From positions 1 to 64,000 of the IMG/VR virus record IMGVR_UViG_3300027722_000005: DNA of 64,000 bases; one strand, written 5' to 3'. The notes beneath the pieces were generated by a model. That model made no database searches. It saw nothing but the letters and a program-made list of their open reading frames with translations, and was not told where the DNA came from. The first letter of the stretch is position 1, and each line of letters opens with the position of its first letter. The position numbers and the translations under genes are program-made. Shown here piece after piece: positions 30,239 through 39,765 of this stretch. Origin of the DNA: a virus.

Positions 30239-30643
30239 TCACAGTTGCCCCTCTCTCTCGCGGGCCTCGCGCATCTTCTCCGCCCAGAACAGCATCGCCG
30301 CCGCCACTTCTGCGTCGCGCCCCGCCCGTTCCCGTTCCTGTTGCATGGCGATCTGCTCGGCCTGCGCCTGGCTCCGCACGACCTCGCATAACAGCTTGCC
30401 GTCCGGCTCCCTGTAGAAGTTGAGGCAAGCCCAATCGTCACGGGCCAGCAGGTCGGCAACCATGCCCGGCTTCTGTTCGTTGAGGAGCGCCAGGCCGAAC
30501 AGGCGCCGGCCTAGCGTTCGCTCCTTCTTGAGCGGCGAGTCGATCAAGTCCTGTAGCGTCCTGGCCCCGTCGCCCAAGTCAGAGTTGAGCACGTCTTCCA
30601 ACGCCGAACGCGGGATACTGGTGTAAAGCTGGTGCGTAGTCAC
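30239..30643 (-). CDS. Hypothetical protein
   Basis: GTG start coupled to upstream stop. Confidence 0.5.
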   Translation of the reverse strand: MTTHQLYTSIPRSALEDVLNSDLGDGARTLQDLIDSPLKKERTLGRRLFGLALLNEQKPGMVADLLARDDWACLNFYREPDGKLLCEVVRSQAQAEQIAMQQERERAGRDAEVAAAMLFWAEKMREAREREGQL

Positions 30644-30930
30644 CCCTGCCCCCTGCCCCGGATGTCCTTGGCGCAAGCCCGCGCCTCGGCAATTTGAGCC
30701 GCCGCAAAGTGCGACGGCCGCATGTCCAGCTCTTGCTGCAACGCCTCCGCCCGCCGCTGACAGAGCAGGGCGCACGCCTCCCGCTCGGCTGCCACGTCGG
30801 CGGCGAGTTCGGCTTGCGCCCGTTCCAGTTCGGCTTGCAATGCGGCGATTGCCGTCTCGTAGTCAAAGCATTGCATTTCCAGCAGGTACACCTTTTTCTC
30901 TTCCGGCGTCATGTCTTCAGGATTCGCCAC
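30640..30930 (-). CDS. Hypothetical phage protein
   Basis: AAEREACA.LC...CAKDIRGRG motif, similar to the C-terminus of 49557..50009. Confidence 0.55.
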   Translation of the reverse strand: MANPEDMTPEEKKVYLLEMQCFDYETAIAALQAELERAQAELAADVAAEREACALLCQRRAEALQQELDMRPSHFAAAQIAEARACAKDIRGRGQG

Positions 30931-30949
30931 GGTCTTTTCCTTTCTGCCG

Positions 30950-31789
30950 TTACCAGCCGCGCCGCGGCCTGTTACGCAGCCAGTTCAACGCGATACCGCC
31001 AATTTGCCTCAATTCCCAACTGACGGTATCGGTTCCATAGTGCCGATGCTTACCCGCTAATGCGAGCCCGAGTTCTCCCACTTCTTCAAGCAGACCACGG
31101 AACCAATACCAGTTAGATGCGTCCTCCCAGGTATCACGGTGAGACTCGGCGTTGTTCCAAATCATCGCGGCAGCCTCGTCAACCAATTGTTCCGCGAGAC
31201 GTGCCCGCGCCCCGTCCCGTTCCTGAATGGCCCGACAGAGAGCGCAATATTGTGGCTCGCCGTGCGGCGATGCCAGGAACGCAGCAGGGTGACCGCAGGC
31301 CATCGGCTCATGGAGGGCTGACCATTCGACAATCTCTGCCCGCAACCGCTCATTCTCTGCCCGTGCTGCCGTCAACTCCGCCATCACCGTCGAAAGCGCG
31401 GCCTTCTGGCCCTCGTACTGCGCCCGGGCCGCGTCGCGCTCGCCTTGCGCTTGCTCCAGTTCGGCCCTCTGCTGGATAGCAGCAAGTTGCCATCCCCCCG
31501 ATTCGTGCTCGGCCGCTTTTCGCCCTACTCGTTCGCGCCTGGCGGTATTTGCCCATGCCGCTACCCACTTATTCGACTGCCCCAACTCTGCCTCCAGCCG
31601 CGTCACCCGTTCGCGCCACTCGTCGCGCTCGGCTTGCGCCCGCGCCACCTGGGCCAGCAGGTCGGCTGCTACAGCCCGGGCGCCCTCGGCGTGCAGGGCG
31701 GCGCCGTAGGGAAAGACAGGCGACGGGCCGCACGGCTCAACCGGCGGGGCGTGCGTCTCGAAATTGTAGGGCTCGCGTGCTTCGGTCAT
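30950..31789 (-). CDS. Coiled-coil protein with C-terminal MazG-like domain
   Basis: MTEAREPY start; LLEEVGEL...ELRQIGGIALNWL. Confidence 0.55.
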   Translation of the reverse strand: MTEAREPYNFETHAPPVEPCGPSPVFPYGAALHAEGARAVAADLLAQVARAQAERDEWRERVTRLEAELGQSNKWVAAWANTARRERVGRKAAEHESGGWQLAAIQQRAELEQAQGERDAARAQYEGQKAALSTVMAELTAARAENERLRAEIVEWSALHEPMACGHPAAFLASPHGEPQYCALCRAIQERDGARARLAEQLVDEAAAMIWNNAESHRDTWEDASNWYWFRGLLEEVGELGLALAGKHRHYGTDTVSWELRQIGGIALNWLRNRPRRGW

Positions 31790-32655
31790 CTTGGGTATTC
31801 CCTTCGGCGCAAATCGGCGGGCCATTCCGCCATGTTCTTGCTCACCCGCCCGTCCAGGTCGAGCGCCTTGACGAACACGCGCACCCCGGCCGCGTCGCAT
31901 TGCTGCACCAGATCGCGCACCCATTCGACGTTGCACGGCCGGCGACGCGGGCCGGTTTCAGCGCCGATGATGATCTGATCGATACCCTGCGTCCAGGTGC
32001 GAACGTGGGCACCGGGCTTGTCCCACACGGTATAGAATTGCGTCAAGTCCACCGGCTCAAGCAGGGGCTCCATGCTCACGAACCGCACGGCGGCGGGTGT
32101 TTCCAGGAGTAGCGGGATATTCTCGTCGGCGCTCTTCTGCGTGCCCGCCGTGGTCCCAAGGCAGATATGGCCGTATCTGCTCATCGATAACCTGGTGACA
32201 TGCTCCCACTGGCACACTACGTCGCGCATCCTCTCGGGGCGCTTGGTCAGGATGTAGAAGGTGTGCCAGTTCGCCGCGATCATGTTGGCAAACGCATGGT
32301 CGATAAATTCAAACGGCACCGGCTCGAAGGGCGTGCGTTGAAACTCGCAGCCCCGGCGGTCGCGTTCGTCGCCGTAGAACAGGTCATCCCACACGGCCCA
32401 CGTTTGCGGCCTGCGTACCTTGAGCGGCTTGACCAGGGCGTCGCGGTCCAGGTGGATGCGCCCGTTAAAATGCGTGCCCGTCGTGATACCCTCGTGCCGG
32501 GCCGCCACTGCCTCATTCGGGTTCGCCTGGCGCTGCACGGCCATCTGGGCCGACCAGCAGTTCAGGCATTCAGGGCTACGGGCCTGGCAGCCGTGGACCA
32601 GGTAGTAAGCCCGGTCCCACCACAAGCCCTTCTCCGTTCGTCTTTGGTCAGTCAT
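31786..32655 (-). CDS. DUF5131 (phage Gp37/Gp68) protein
   Basis: GC...SPECLNCWS, HTFYILTKRPERM, RFVSMEPLL, IIIGAETGP. Confidence 0.9.
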   Translation of the reverse strand: MTDQRRTEKGLWWDRAYYLVHGCQARSPECLNCWSAQMAVQRQANPNEAVAARHEGITTGTHFNGRIHLDRDALVKPLKVRRPQTWAVWDDLFYGDERDRRGCEFQRTPFEPVPFEFIDHAFANMIAANWHTFYILTKRPERMRDVVCQWEHVTRLSMSRYGHICLGTTAGTQKSADENIPLLLETPAAVRFVSMEPLLEPVDLTQFYTVWDKPGAHVRTWTQGIDQIIIGAETGPRRRPCNVEWVRDLVQQCDAAGVRVFVKALDLDGRVSKNMAEWPADLRRREYPR

Positions 32656-32964
32656 GGTTTCTCTCCTCTCAGTTCAGAAACACGGCAGGCGCGACATATC
32701 CGGCCTGCCCGCGCGCGATGGCCAGCGCGACTTGCTGGCGGTGCAACTGTTGGTGGACGGCAAGCAGCGCCTGCGTCTCAGCTATCAATGCCTGAAGCCG
32801 GGCGTTCTCGGCTGCCAGCCTGGCGGCCCGCTCGGACTCGATGCGCACGAGCCCGCGCCAGTGGTCGGCCAGGGCGTTCAGGCGTTCCTCTTGCTCGCCG
32901 CGGCTGATGAGCAGGCCGGCGACGTAGCAGATAATGGCGGTTAGCAGGTAGAGCATGGTTCCTC

Positions 32965-33453
32965 CTAATACGGCAGTTCGTCGTAACCGGCGAGCCAGCC
33001 GTCGCCGTTACCGCCACTTTCGCCATGTTCAAAGCGGGCGTAGCGGGCGGCGTGCCAGCCGAGTTCAGGTTTTGCCAGCCAGCGCCAGCCCTGCTGACTG
33101 TGAAAAGCGCCGTCTTCATCCCACCAGAAGAAGGCGTTGTTAAGGGCGGTTTCGTCGCTAAAGTTCTCCCAGGTGAGCACGACGGGGTGCGCTTTGTCGT
33201 TCAGCGCCAGCGCCGTCGCCTTTTCCCATTCGTCGGTCGTGGGATAGGTGCCCTTGACCTCGACCCACAGGCCGGGCCGGGGCAGGAAGAAGTCGGGCAG
33301 ATAGCGGCCACTGCCGTTCAGGTCAAAGCCCTCGCGTTCGTATTCGTAGGCCAGGCCGAGCGCCCGGAACATGACGGCAAAGCGGGCCTCCTTGCGGCTG
33401 CGAAAACGGTCGCCGTGATATTTGGTTTCGATGGCTTTAAAAGTCGCGGTCAT
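32965..33453 (-). CDS. PD-(D/E)XK-like nuclease family protein
   Basis: IETKYHG.RFRSRKEARFA...YEYE...YLPDFFL...VEVKG. Confidence 0.75.
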   Translation of the reverse strand: MTATFKAIETKYHGDRFRSRKEARFAVMFRALGLAYEYEREGFDLNGSGRYLPDFFLPRPGLWVEVKGTYPTTDEWEKATALALNDKAHPVVLTWENFSDETALNNAFFWWDEDGAFHSQQGWRWLAKPELGWHAARYARFEHGESGGNGDGWLAGYDELPY

Positions 33454-34417
33454 TGGCGTTTGTCTCCATTTCTGCCAGCCTGAGACGGGACGGGTCAAAG
33501 TACAGCGCCCAGGTGTGGCGCCCCTGGTCGCCGCGTTGCTTGAGCATCCGCACGAACATTAGCGCCTCGCTCACGGTGTACTCTTTGCCGCTCTCCGCCT
33601 TGAACCTGTGCCCGATCTCGTGGTCCCTGGCCGGTCGCCACAGGCCGAACACCTTGTCGCACGTTTGCTCGATAGAGCTGGCCCACTGCGCGTCAAACAT
33701 TTCGGGTATGTGGTCGTTGCGCTTGTCGGCCTCGCGGCTGGCCTGCACGCCACAAACGGCCGGGGCACCAAGGCGAAGCGCAACCTCCTTGATGCGGATG
33801 GGCGCCTCTGTGACCTGTTGCACTCGCTCGCTGGCATTCTTGATGGGTATGATTTGCAGGTAGTCAAAGAGCATCAGGGTTGGCCTGACGCCAAAGTCCT
33901 GTTCCATCGACTCGATGGCCGCCAGCACGATCTCGGGTGTCATGCGCGGCGGGTTCTTGCCCACGCGGCCGATACCGTGCCCCACGATCCAGATGGGATG
34001 CCCACCGCCCTTGACGGCCTGGCGCCGAATGGTATCCAGATCCACGCGCCCCCAGGCCACGTCAGAGACGGAATAGCTAAACCCGTAGGCATCGGCAAGC
34101 AGCATTGCGGAGATTTCCTCACTTGCCTGCTCCCACGATACGTATACCACGGCCTCGCGTTCAGCCGCGCCGCGCTTGATGATGCGGTTGGCCTCCTGGC
34201 GGGCAAGGTAGGCCAGCAGCGAGGTCTTGCCGTGCCCTGGTCGGCCCATGATAGCGATCAGCTCGCCGGGCCGCATAGGGATCACCCGCTTGTCGATAAC
34301 CGGCAAGCCCCACGGTATGCCGGGGTCGTCTTTCGCCCGCTCTGCCCAGCGTACATAGTCACTCATCATTTCGGCGGGCGTGTGTACCAACTGCCGAACG
34401 TCCTGGCCGTTTGCCAT
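33437..34417 (-). CDS. DnaB-like replicative helicase (C-terminal ATPase domain)
   Basis: GRPGHGKT Walker A, FDYLQ, SIEQTCD, KQR. Confidence 0.9.
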   Translation of the reverse strand: MANGQDVRQLVHTPAEMMSDYVRWAERAKDDPGIPWGLPVIDKRVIPMRPGELIAIMGRPGHGKTSLLAYLARQEANRIIKRGAAEREAVVYVSWEQASEEISAMLLADAYGFSYSVSDVAWGRVDLDTIRRQAVKGGGHPIWIVGHGIGRVGKNPPRMTPEIVLAAIESMEQDFGVRPTLMLFDYLQIIPIKNASERVQQVTEAPIRIKEVALRLGAPAVCGVQASREADKRNDHIPEMFDAQWASSIEQTCDKVFGLWRPARDHEIGHRFKAESGKEYTVSEALMFVRMLKQRGDQGRHTWALYFDPSRLRLAEMETNANDRDF

Positions 34418-34418
34418 A

Positions 34419-35342
34419 CTATATCCCCCTCACGGTTGACTGTGCCGGCGGCGGCTGCTTGCCGTTGCGGTAGCCATCGCCGGGTAACTCGTTGCGCCTG
34501 TAGTGGTCTAGCATCCCCTCAACATTCATCGGGTTCCAGCCCAGGCCAACCCACTTCTTGACCACCCTGCCCCAGAACTCCAGGCGGGCCGGGTCGGTGC
34601 CCACGGTGCTTGCTATGTCGGCATACCAGCTCTTGGGCGGGTAGCGGCTCGCATTGTCGCGGAACATGCCTATTGCCTTGTGCGGCGGGTCTTTCCTCTT
34701 TGCCCGTGTACCCCCACTGTCCTTCTTTCCACCAGCGGGCGCGCCGGGTGCAACCCGCGCTACCTGGGTTTCCTTTTGGGTTTCTAATTGGGTTTCTTTG
34801 TTGCTGTCGGACGTTACCCCTGATGCAATGTCGGACATTAGGTCTGATGTAATGTCGGACGTTACCCCTTGCGCCTGTTCCGGCTGCTGCTTTTGCGCCC
34901 TCGCAACCGTCGCCGCCTCAATGGCCGCCCTTGTCCTTTCGGCGTTCTGTTCGTCTGCTGCCTGCTTGCGGTGCGCAAGTCCTGCCCAGTCTATCTTGTC
35001 GGGGTTATCCTGAATCTCGAACATCTGTCCGAGTATGTTGGGCTTGCCAATCTTGAGAAGTACCCGGAATTCATCTAGCGTTACCAGCGCCTCGCGCACG
35101 GCCTGGGTACTAAGCCCGCAGCCCAGGCAAAGAATGTCGCCTGCCTCGTTCCGCTTCCCATCCGTGAATACTGACAGGGCGATTCTAGAACGGCGGTCGG
35201 CAATCTTGTTGTGCCAGCCGTAAATCTCGCGGATGGCCTTGTTCAATACCTTTTCCTCGGCGGGCGTCAAGTAGTAGGATAGCCGATCAATATAGACGTT
35301 CGGGTGCTGGAACGAGTTAGGGATAAGGCCGCTATCTGTCAT
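34419..35342 (-). CDS. Phage replication initiator (lambda O-like)
   Basis: PNSFQHPN..ID..LT.AE.KVL...IYGWH; internal iterons; upstream of helicase. Confidence 0.75.
   Translation of the reverse strand: MTDSGLIPNSFQHPNVYIDRLSYYLTPAEEKVLNKAIREIYGWHNKIADRRSRIALSVFTDGKRNEAGDILCLGCGLSTQAVREALVTLDEFRVLLKIGKPNILGQMFEIQDNPDKIDWAGLAHRKQAADEQNAERTRAAIEAATVARAQKQQPEQAQGVTSDITSDLMSDIASGVTSDSNKETQLETQKETQVARVAPGAPAGGKKDSGGTRAKRKDPPHKAIGMFRDNASRYPPKSWYADIASTVGTDPARLEFWGRVVKKWVGLGWNPMNVEGMLDHYRRNELPGDGYRNGKQPPPAQSTVRGI
34765..34869. repeat. Putative replication origin: iterons plus AT-rich repeats
   Basis: TGTCGGAC(G/A)TTA at 34805, 34829, 34853 (24-bp period); TGGGTTTC x3 at 12-bp period. Confidence 0.7.
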
Positions 35343-36280
35343 GCCGGCCTCGCCGTGCGCAGGAACGCCTTAAAGTCGCTGGCCGTCCCGCCGTAGAGCA
35401 CAAAGAAGTCATCCGGCTTGGTGGGCAACTCTACCACGCGCCCGCGCCCCTTGAACATCCCGGCGACCTCCGCCGCCTTGTCTATGGCACCCGGGTCATA
35501 GGCGACATAGACGGTCCCGAACTTGCCGAATTTGCCAGCCCATTCAGGCTTGAAACTATTGGCGCCCATCGTGCCCACGGCCGGCAGTCCGACCTCCTGG
35601 TCAAGCACGATGGTCTTGATCTCGCCCTCTAAGATGAGCGCCTGTCCACCACTGGCGGCGCAAAGGCTATCCGTGTTGTAGAGCATGGCGGGCAGGCCGG
35701 CCAGCTCGGGGCGGTACTTGCCCGTGCCATTGGGCCTGAGCAGCCGGTGACGGATGTGGTACAACTTGCCGCCGGAAAAGAATGGGATTGTAAGGCTGTC
35801 AGACTGTGACGCGGTAGGGCAGCTCGGGCAGTAGCCCAGCTTGCGGCGGGCGATGCTCTGGTAGGACACGCCGTAATGGTCGTGCCAGTAGTCAACGGCT
35901 TGCCCGTTTGTGTTCAGGTTGGCATGATAGCGTTCGACGACATCAGCCATGCCCGCGATTTGCTCCAGGGCTGATGTGCGCCGTTGCAGGTCTTCGATTG
36001 CGCGGCGGTCGCGTTCCCGCTCGCATTGCTCCTGGCGCTGTACCCATTCAAGCTGCCTTACCCGCGCTTCCAGGTCTTCCTCGTTAAGCCAGCCCTTGGC
36101 GCCACATTTGCGGCAGCTATAGTTTCCCTCTTGCCAGATCAAAAAGCCATCCTCTGTTGCCATAGCGCAGAACGGACAGGCGGATGCCGCCTCCTTTGGC
36201 GTCTTCACCTTAAAGTGAAGCCCCGGCCACCTTGCCTGTGCTTTGTCGATTGACTGTACCAGATCCGCCGATGGTTGCAT
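35339..36280 (-). CDS. Zn-finger/TOPRIM primase-like protein
   Basis: CPFC...CRKC; ILEGEIK; VYVAYD; KPDD. Confidence 0.8.
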   Translation of the reverse strand: MQPSADLVQSIDKAQARWPGLHFKVKTPKEAASACPFCAMATEDGFLIWQEGNYSCRKCGAKGWLNEEDLEARVRQLEWVQRQEQCERERDRRAIEDLQRRTSALEQIAGMADVVERYHANLNTNGQAVDYWHDHYGVSYQSIARRKLGYCPSCPTASQSDSLTIPFFSGGKLYHIRHRLLRPNGTGKYRPELAGLPAMLYNTDSLCAASGGQALILEGEIKTIVLDQEVGLPAVGTMGANSFKPEWAGKFGKFGTVYVAYDPGAIDKAAEVAGMFKGRGRVVELPTKPDDFFVLYGGTASDFKAFLRTARPA

Positions 36281-36360
36281 GATAAATCCCCCTCTTTGTG
36301 AGTATTGTTCGCTTGGGGGCGTCTCTCCCCGCGCCGCCTCCTCGGCCGGCCCGGGTGCTG

Positions 36361-36576
36361 CTACTCGCAGCTATACCACCTGTCGAAGCCGGTGATTTCC
36401 GGCGGCTCGGCGGCGCTGCTGTAGATTTCCAGTGTGCCATCCTGCGTGACGCGAATTTCCATGCTGTGCCCCTCGCGGTCCTTGCCCGCCTCGCTCGTAG
36501 TAACGTAGACTGTCACGTACTCGCCGCGATTCAGATAAACGGCATCGATGTCGATTCTTGCCTGTGCCTGTTTCAT
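36361..36576 (-). CDS. Hypothetical protein
   Basis: AAGGAG RBS. Confidence 0.5.
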   Translation of the reverse strand: MKQAQARIDIDAVYLNRGEYVTVYVTTSEAGKDREGHSMEIRVTQDGTLEIYSSAAEPPEITGFDRWYSCE

Positions 36577-36796
36577 CGCTCTCCTTTCCGGCCCGTGCGG
36601 CGCTACTCTCGCTGCCAGATGTCGCCGTCCGAGGCGATGGCGATAAGCTGGCCGTCATCGTCCCAGATGCCGTAGGGCTCGCCCTCGCGCTCGTTCCCCA
36701 GGGCTTCGGCGCGTGCCTCTTCGATGGTGTCAAAGAATGGGTCGTCCAGGTGATAGTGGACCAGGTCGCCCACCTGGTATGGGCCGATGTGTTCGC

Positions 36797-37045
36797 TCAT
36801 TTCTCCCCCTCTTCCGGCGTCTCTTCCGGCGCCAGTCGTGCCCCGCAGATGGGGCAGTAGTTCAGAAACAAGGTGCTCTGCCCCTTCTCTGCTACCTTGT
36901 GCGTCGGGGTCAGCTTGTAAAGCCTCACGCACCATTGGCCTACCTTCATCTGCATCTTGTCATCGTAGGTGATAGGCCGGTAAAACGTTCCCTTGTACTT
37001 CTCGTGCAGTTGTTCCAGGATACCGCAACAAGTCTTGCCGCTCAT
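36797..37045 (-). CDS. Small Zn-ribbon protein
   Basis: CC...NYCPICGARL. Confidence 0.6.
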   Translation of the reverse strand: MSGKTCCGILEQLHEKYKGTFYRPITYDDKMQMKVGQWCVRLYKLTPTHKVAEKGQSTLFLNYCPICGARLAPEETPEEGEK

Positions 37046-37350
37046 CTCTCCCCCTCCCCGTGTGCAGTCTCGCTCGACTCCGCGCTCGCCAGCTCTGCCC
37101 GCGCCAGAAGCACCGGGCAGTTGGCCTCGTGCTCAAACTGGATGGCCTGGTGCGCAATATCCTGCCAGGCGTCGCAGTAGGCGCAGCTCCAGCCGTGGGC
37201 TTCATAGTCATAGTATACAGCATCGTCGTCTTCTACCAGCGCATGCAGCAGCCCTTCCAGCCGCTCGGCGCGCCGCTCCGCCGCCTGTGCCCGGCGCAAT
37301 GCCAGCGCAGCGGCTTCGGCCATGGCGTTGCCTCCCCATTCGTCGCTCAT
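37042..37350 (-). CDS. Hypothetical protein
   Basis: CAYC...HEANCP motif. Confidence 0.55.
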   Translation of the reverse strand: MSDEWGGNAMAEAAALALRRAQAAERRAERLEGLLHALVEDDDAVYYDYEAHGWSCAYCDAWQDIAHQAIQFEHEANCPVLLARAELASAESSETAHGEGER

Positions 37351-37573
37351 TTCTCCCCCTCTGTCCTGGCGATGGCGTGCTTGGGCACCAGGACCACGGC
37401 GCCCGCCTGAAACTGGCGCCCGCCGGGTAGCCTCGCGTCGGCCAGTAGCTTGACGCGGTATCGCTTGGGCGTCTCGCCTACGACTTCAACGGGAATTCTG
37501 GATCGTCCGGCCCAGCCGTCTAGCAGTAGGACCGCGTTCCCCTGCTCGCTCATCGTTCGCTCCCTTCTCTCGC

Positions 37574-37888
37574 CTACGCCCTGCCGCCGATGCAGTAGCG
37601 GTCGAACATCAAGAAACAACTGGCCAGGCTCGGCTGCAACTCGAACGTTGCAGCGTCGATCTCGGCGTCGGCCACGGTCAGAAGGGCGCGCATGAACGGA
37701 GCGCCCACGCCCTCCAGGTTGAACCGCTCGCCCAGGAAGCGGGCGATCACGTATCCGGTGCATGGCTGGTCCTTGAGCGCGGCGATCTTGTTGAAGTCGC
37801 GGACGGTGGCTACGATGTGGCTAAAGCCCTCGGGCCACACGGCGGTGATAAACTCACGGGCGGCGGCGATCTCTTCTGCCCTTGTCAT
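37574..37888 (-). CDS. Hypothetical protein with its own promoter
   Basis: MTRAEEIA..., RBS AAGGGAG. Confidence 0.6.
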   Translation of the reverse strand: MTRAEEIAAAREFITAVWPEGFSHIVATVRDFNKIAALKDQPCTGYVIARFLGERFNLEGVGAPFMRALLTVADAEIDAATFELQPSLASCFLMFDRYCIGGRA

Positions 37889-37924
37889 GGTCGGTGCTCC
37901 CTTCCCTTCGTTCAGACTGGCTAC

Positions 37925-37953
37925 ATTGTACCACATAGTTGCTATCCTGTCAA
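37925..37953 (-). promoter_or_regulatory. Sigma70-type promoter
   Basis: TTGACA-17-TACAAT on minus strand. Confidence 0.75.
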
Positions 37954-37994
37954 GTATAACTGCTATCATGTATGGACCAATTTCTGACTTCTTC

Positions 37995-38039
37995 TTGACA
38001 ATTGCGAAAGTAGGGTGTATAATACTAGTCAGACTAGTA
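37995..38039 (+). promoter_or_regulatory. Sigma70-type promoter with palindromic operator
   Basis: TTGACA-17-TATAAT; TACTAGTC-A-GACTAGTA palindrome at 38023-38039. Confidence 0.8.
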
Positions 38040-38059
38040 GATAGTAAAGGGGAGAGAGT

Positions 38060-38290
38060 ATGGCGATAACGTTTCGGCTTGAAGATGTGCTCTGGGAAAA
38101 GAGAACGACGCAGGCGGAGCTGGCGCGAACAACCGGCCTGGCTTACCAGACGGTCAACGCTATCCACACGAACCGCGCCAAGAGGGTCACGCTCGAAACG
38201 CTCGACGCCATTTGTACTGCCCTTGGCGTTCAGCCGGGCGAATTGATGGCCTGGAAGCCAGGACCGCAGAACCCCCCGCCCGACGCCTAG
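38060..38290 (+). CDS. XRE/Cro-C1 HTH regulator
   Basis: TQAELARTTGL..QTVN...VTLETLDAICTALGVQPGEL. Confidence 0.9.
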   Translation: MAITFRLEDVLWEKRTTQAELARTTGLAYQTVNAIHTNRAKRVTLETLDAICTALGVQPGELMAWKPGPQNPPPDA

Positions 38291-38375
38291 CCCGCGCCGC
38301 TCGCCCCTGCCGCCGTGGTGGCGGCTGCTTCGCGTTGTCATGGTAGGGACTCCAGCAGTTGCCGGCCGATCCATT

Positions 38376-38798
38376 TCACGGCGCCCTGTACCTGCTAATG
38401 ATGAGGTCTGCAAATTCAAGTAACTCCTCGGCGCTTGACCCCCGCGGGTGCAGAGATACACGCAATTCGAGATTAGTGATGTCATTATCGTTTTTGATAC
38501 CGTTTTTGTGATGGACGGTTTCGCCGGGAAACAATTTCCGTCCCAAGTGTTCCTCCATGATCAACCGATGGACCAACTGCCCCTGTCTAAATCCATCTAT
38601 GCGCCGCCTGACATAGCCCCTCTCGTCAATATAATCATGGCACTTCGGTTCGTACTTATCCGTTGTTCCCCTTCGCTGAAATCTTTTCCAGTGGATATGG
38701 CACATACCATGACTTGCAACCTGTCTTTGGCAATCTTCAACGGAGCACGGCGTCTTCTTTTTCCTTGGATAACTCGCTAGGAATTTTTCGCTTTTCAC
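38376..38798 (-). CDS. HNH endonuclease
   Basis: [13 protein letters not shown]...[11 protein letters not shown]...NLEL. Confidence 0.9.
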   Translation of the reverse strand: MKSEKFLASYPRKKKTPCSVEDCQRQVASHGMCHIHWKRFQRRGTTDKYEPKCHDYIDERGYVRRRIDGFRQGQLVHRLIMEEHLGRKLFPGETVHHKNGIKNDNDITNLELRVSLHPRGSSAEELLEFADLIISRYRAP

Positions 38799-39436
38799 TC
38801 CCCCACCCCTATAGCCCGCCGTAATTGCAAACCTATGAATTCCGTATAGGCCGGCGGGATGGCCTGGCGCATCTCATCGCGCGTCATCCAGTCGATACCA
38901 AGTGCCTGCCTGGGGTCCTGTCCCTTTATTACGCCAGAAACCCCGCCGCTGTGGCGATACTTGTATGCCATTGTCGCCCCTCCGTGAAACATCGGCTTGT
39001 GCCCCGGACACGGCGGGAACAGCAGCAGAATATTGCTCTCAAAGCGGCGGTGTCTTACCAGGGGCAGGCCCAGCGCCGCGCCACACAGCAGCGCCCCGTT
39101 AAGTGGACTGTCAGCCACGTTCTCGATAACCCACGGCTTGCCGGTCGCCTCCAGCAGCTCACGCACCGGGTCAATCAGCAGCGGATACTCGCGCCCCCTG
39201 AGCCATGGCAGGTGCCGCATCCGGCTGTACCCCTGGCACGGCGGGCTCGCGTGGATCACGTCAAACTCGTGCCCGTGCGCCGCGACGTACTCCAGGGCGT
39301 CGGCCTGGTGAAACTCGAACGGATAGTGCGGCTGGGGCTCGATGTCCACCCCCACCACGTCAAAGCCGGCGCGGTGATAGCCCATCGCTGCCCCGCCGGC
39401 GCCACAGAAGAGATCGAGCAAGCGCGGCGTTGTCAT
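38795..39436 (-). CDS. DNA cytosine-5 methyltransferase (compact phage type)
   Basis: [34 protein letters not shown]. Confidence 0.9.
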   Translation of the reverse strand: MTTPRLLDLFCGAGGAAMGYHRAGFDVVGVDIEPQPHYPFEFHQADALEYVAAHGHEFDVIHASPPCQGYSRMRHLPWLRGREYPLLIDPVRELLEATGKPWVIENVADSPLNGALLCGAALGLPLVRHRRFESNILLLFPPCPGHKPMFHGGATMAYKYRHSGGVSGVIKGQDPRQALGIDWMTRDEMRQAIPPAYTEFIGLQLRRAIGVGE

Positions 39437-39765
39437 TCGGCGTCGCCCCCGTCGCACACGGCGTAACGCACTGCCGCCCGCCAGTCGTCTACCCCCACTC
39501 GCACGCCGCCCCGGTACTGCGCCAGTCGCTCCGCCCACGCTTGCAGCTCGCCCGCTCGCGTCGCGTCCCTGTCGGCCATGGCGTCTCTTGCCGCCGCCGC
39601 GTGTGCCGTCCAGGGTAGCCGAGCCGTCGCCGCCAGGACGTGCGCCGCGGTGATGGCCGTCGCGCCTGCGTCGATAGCGAGGCGCTTGGCTGCGTTGGCA
39701 GCCGGCAGGCGGGCGTCGGCGGGGAGACGGGATAGGAGGCGACGGGCGGTGGCGGTGATGGTCAT
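39433..39765 (-). CDS. Hypothetical protein
   Basis: Coupled ORF between the two methyltransferases. Confidence 0.45.
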   Translation of the reverse strand: MTITATARRLLSRLPADARLPAANAAKRLAIDAGATAITAAHVLAATARLPWTAHAAAARDAMADRDATRAGELQAWAERLAQYRGGVRVGVDDWRAAVRYAVCDGGDAE

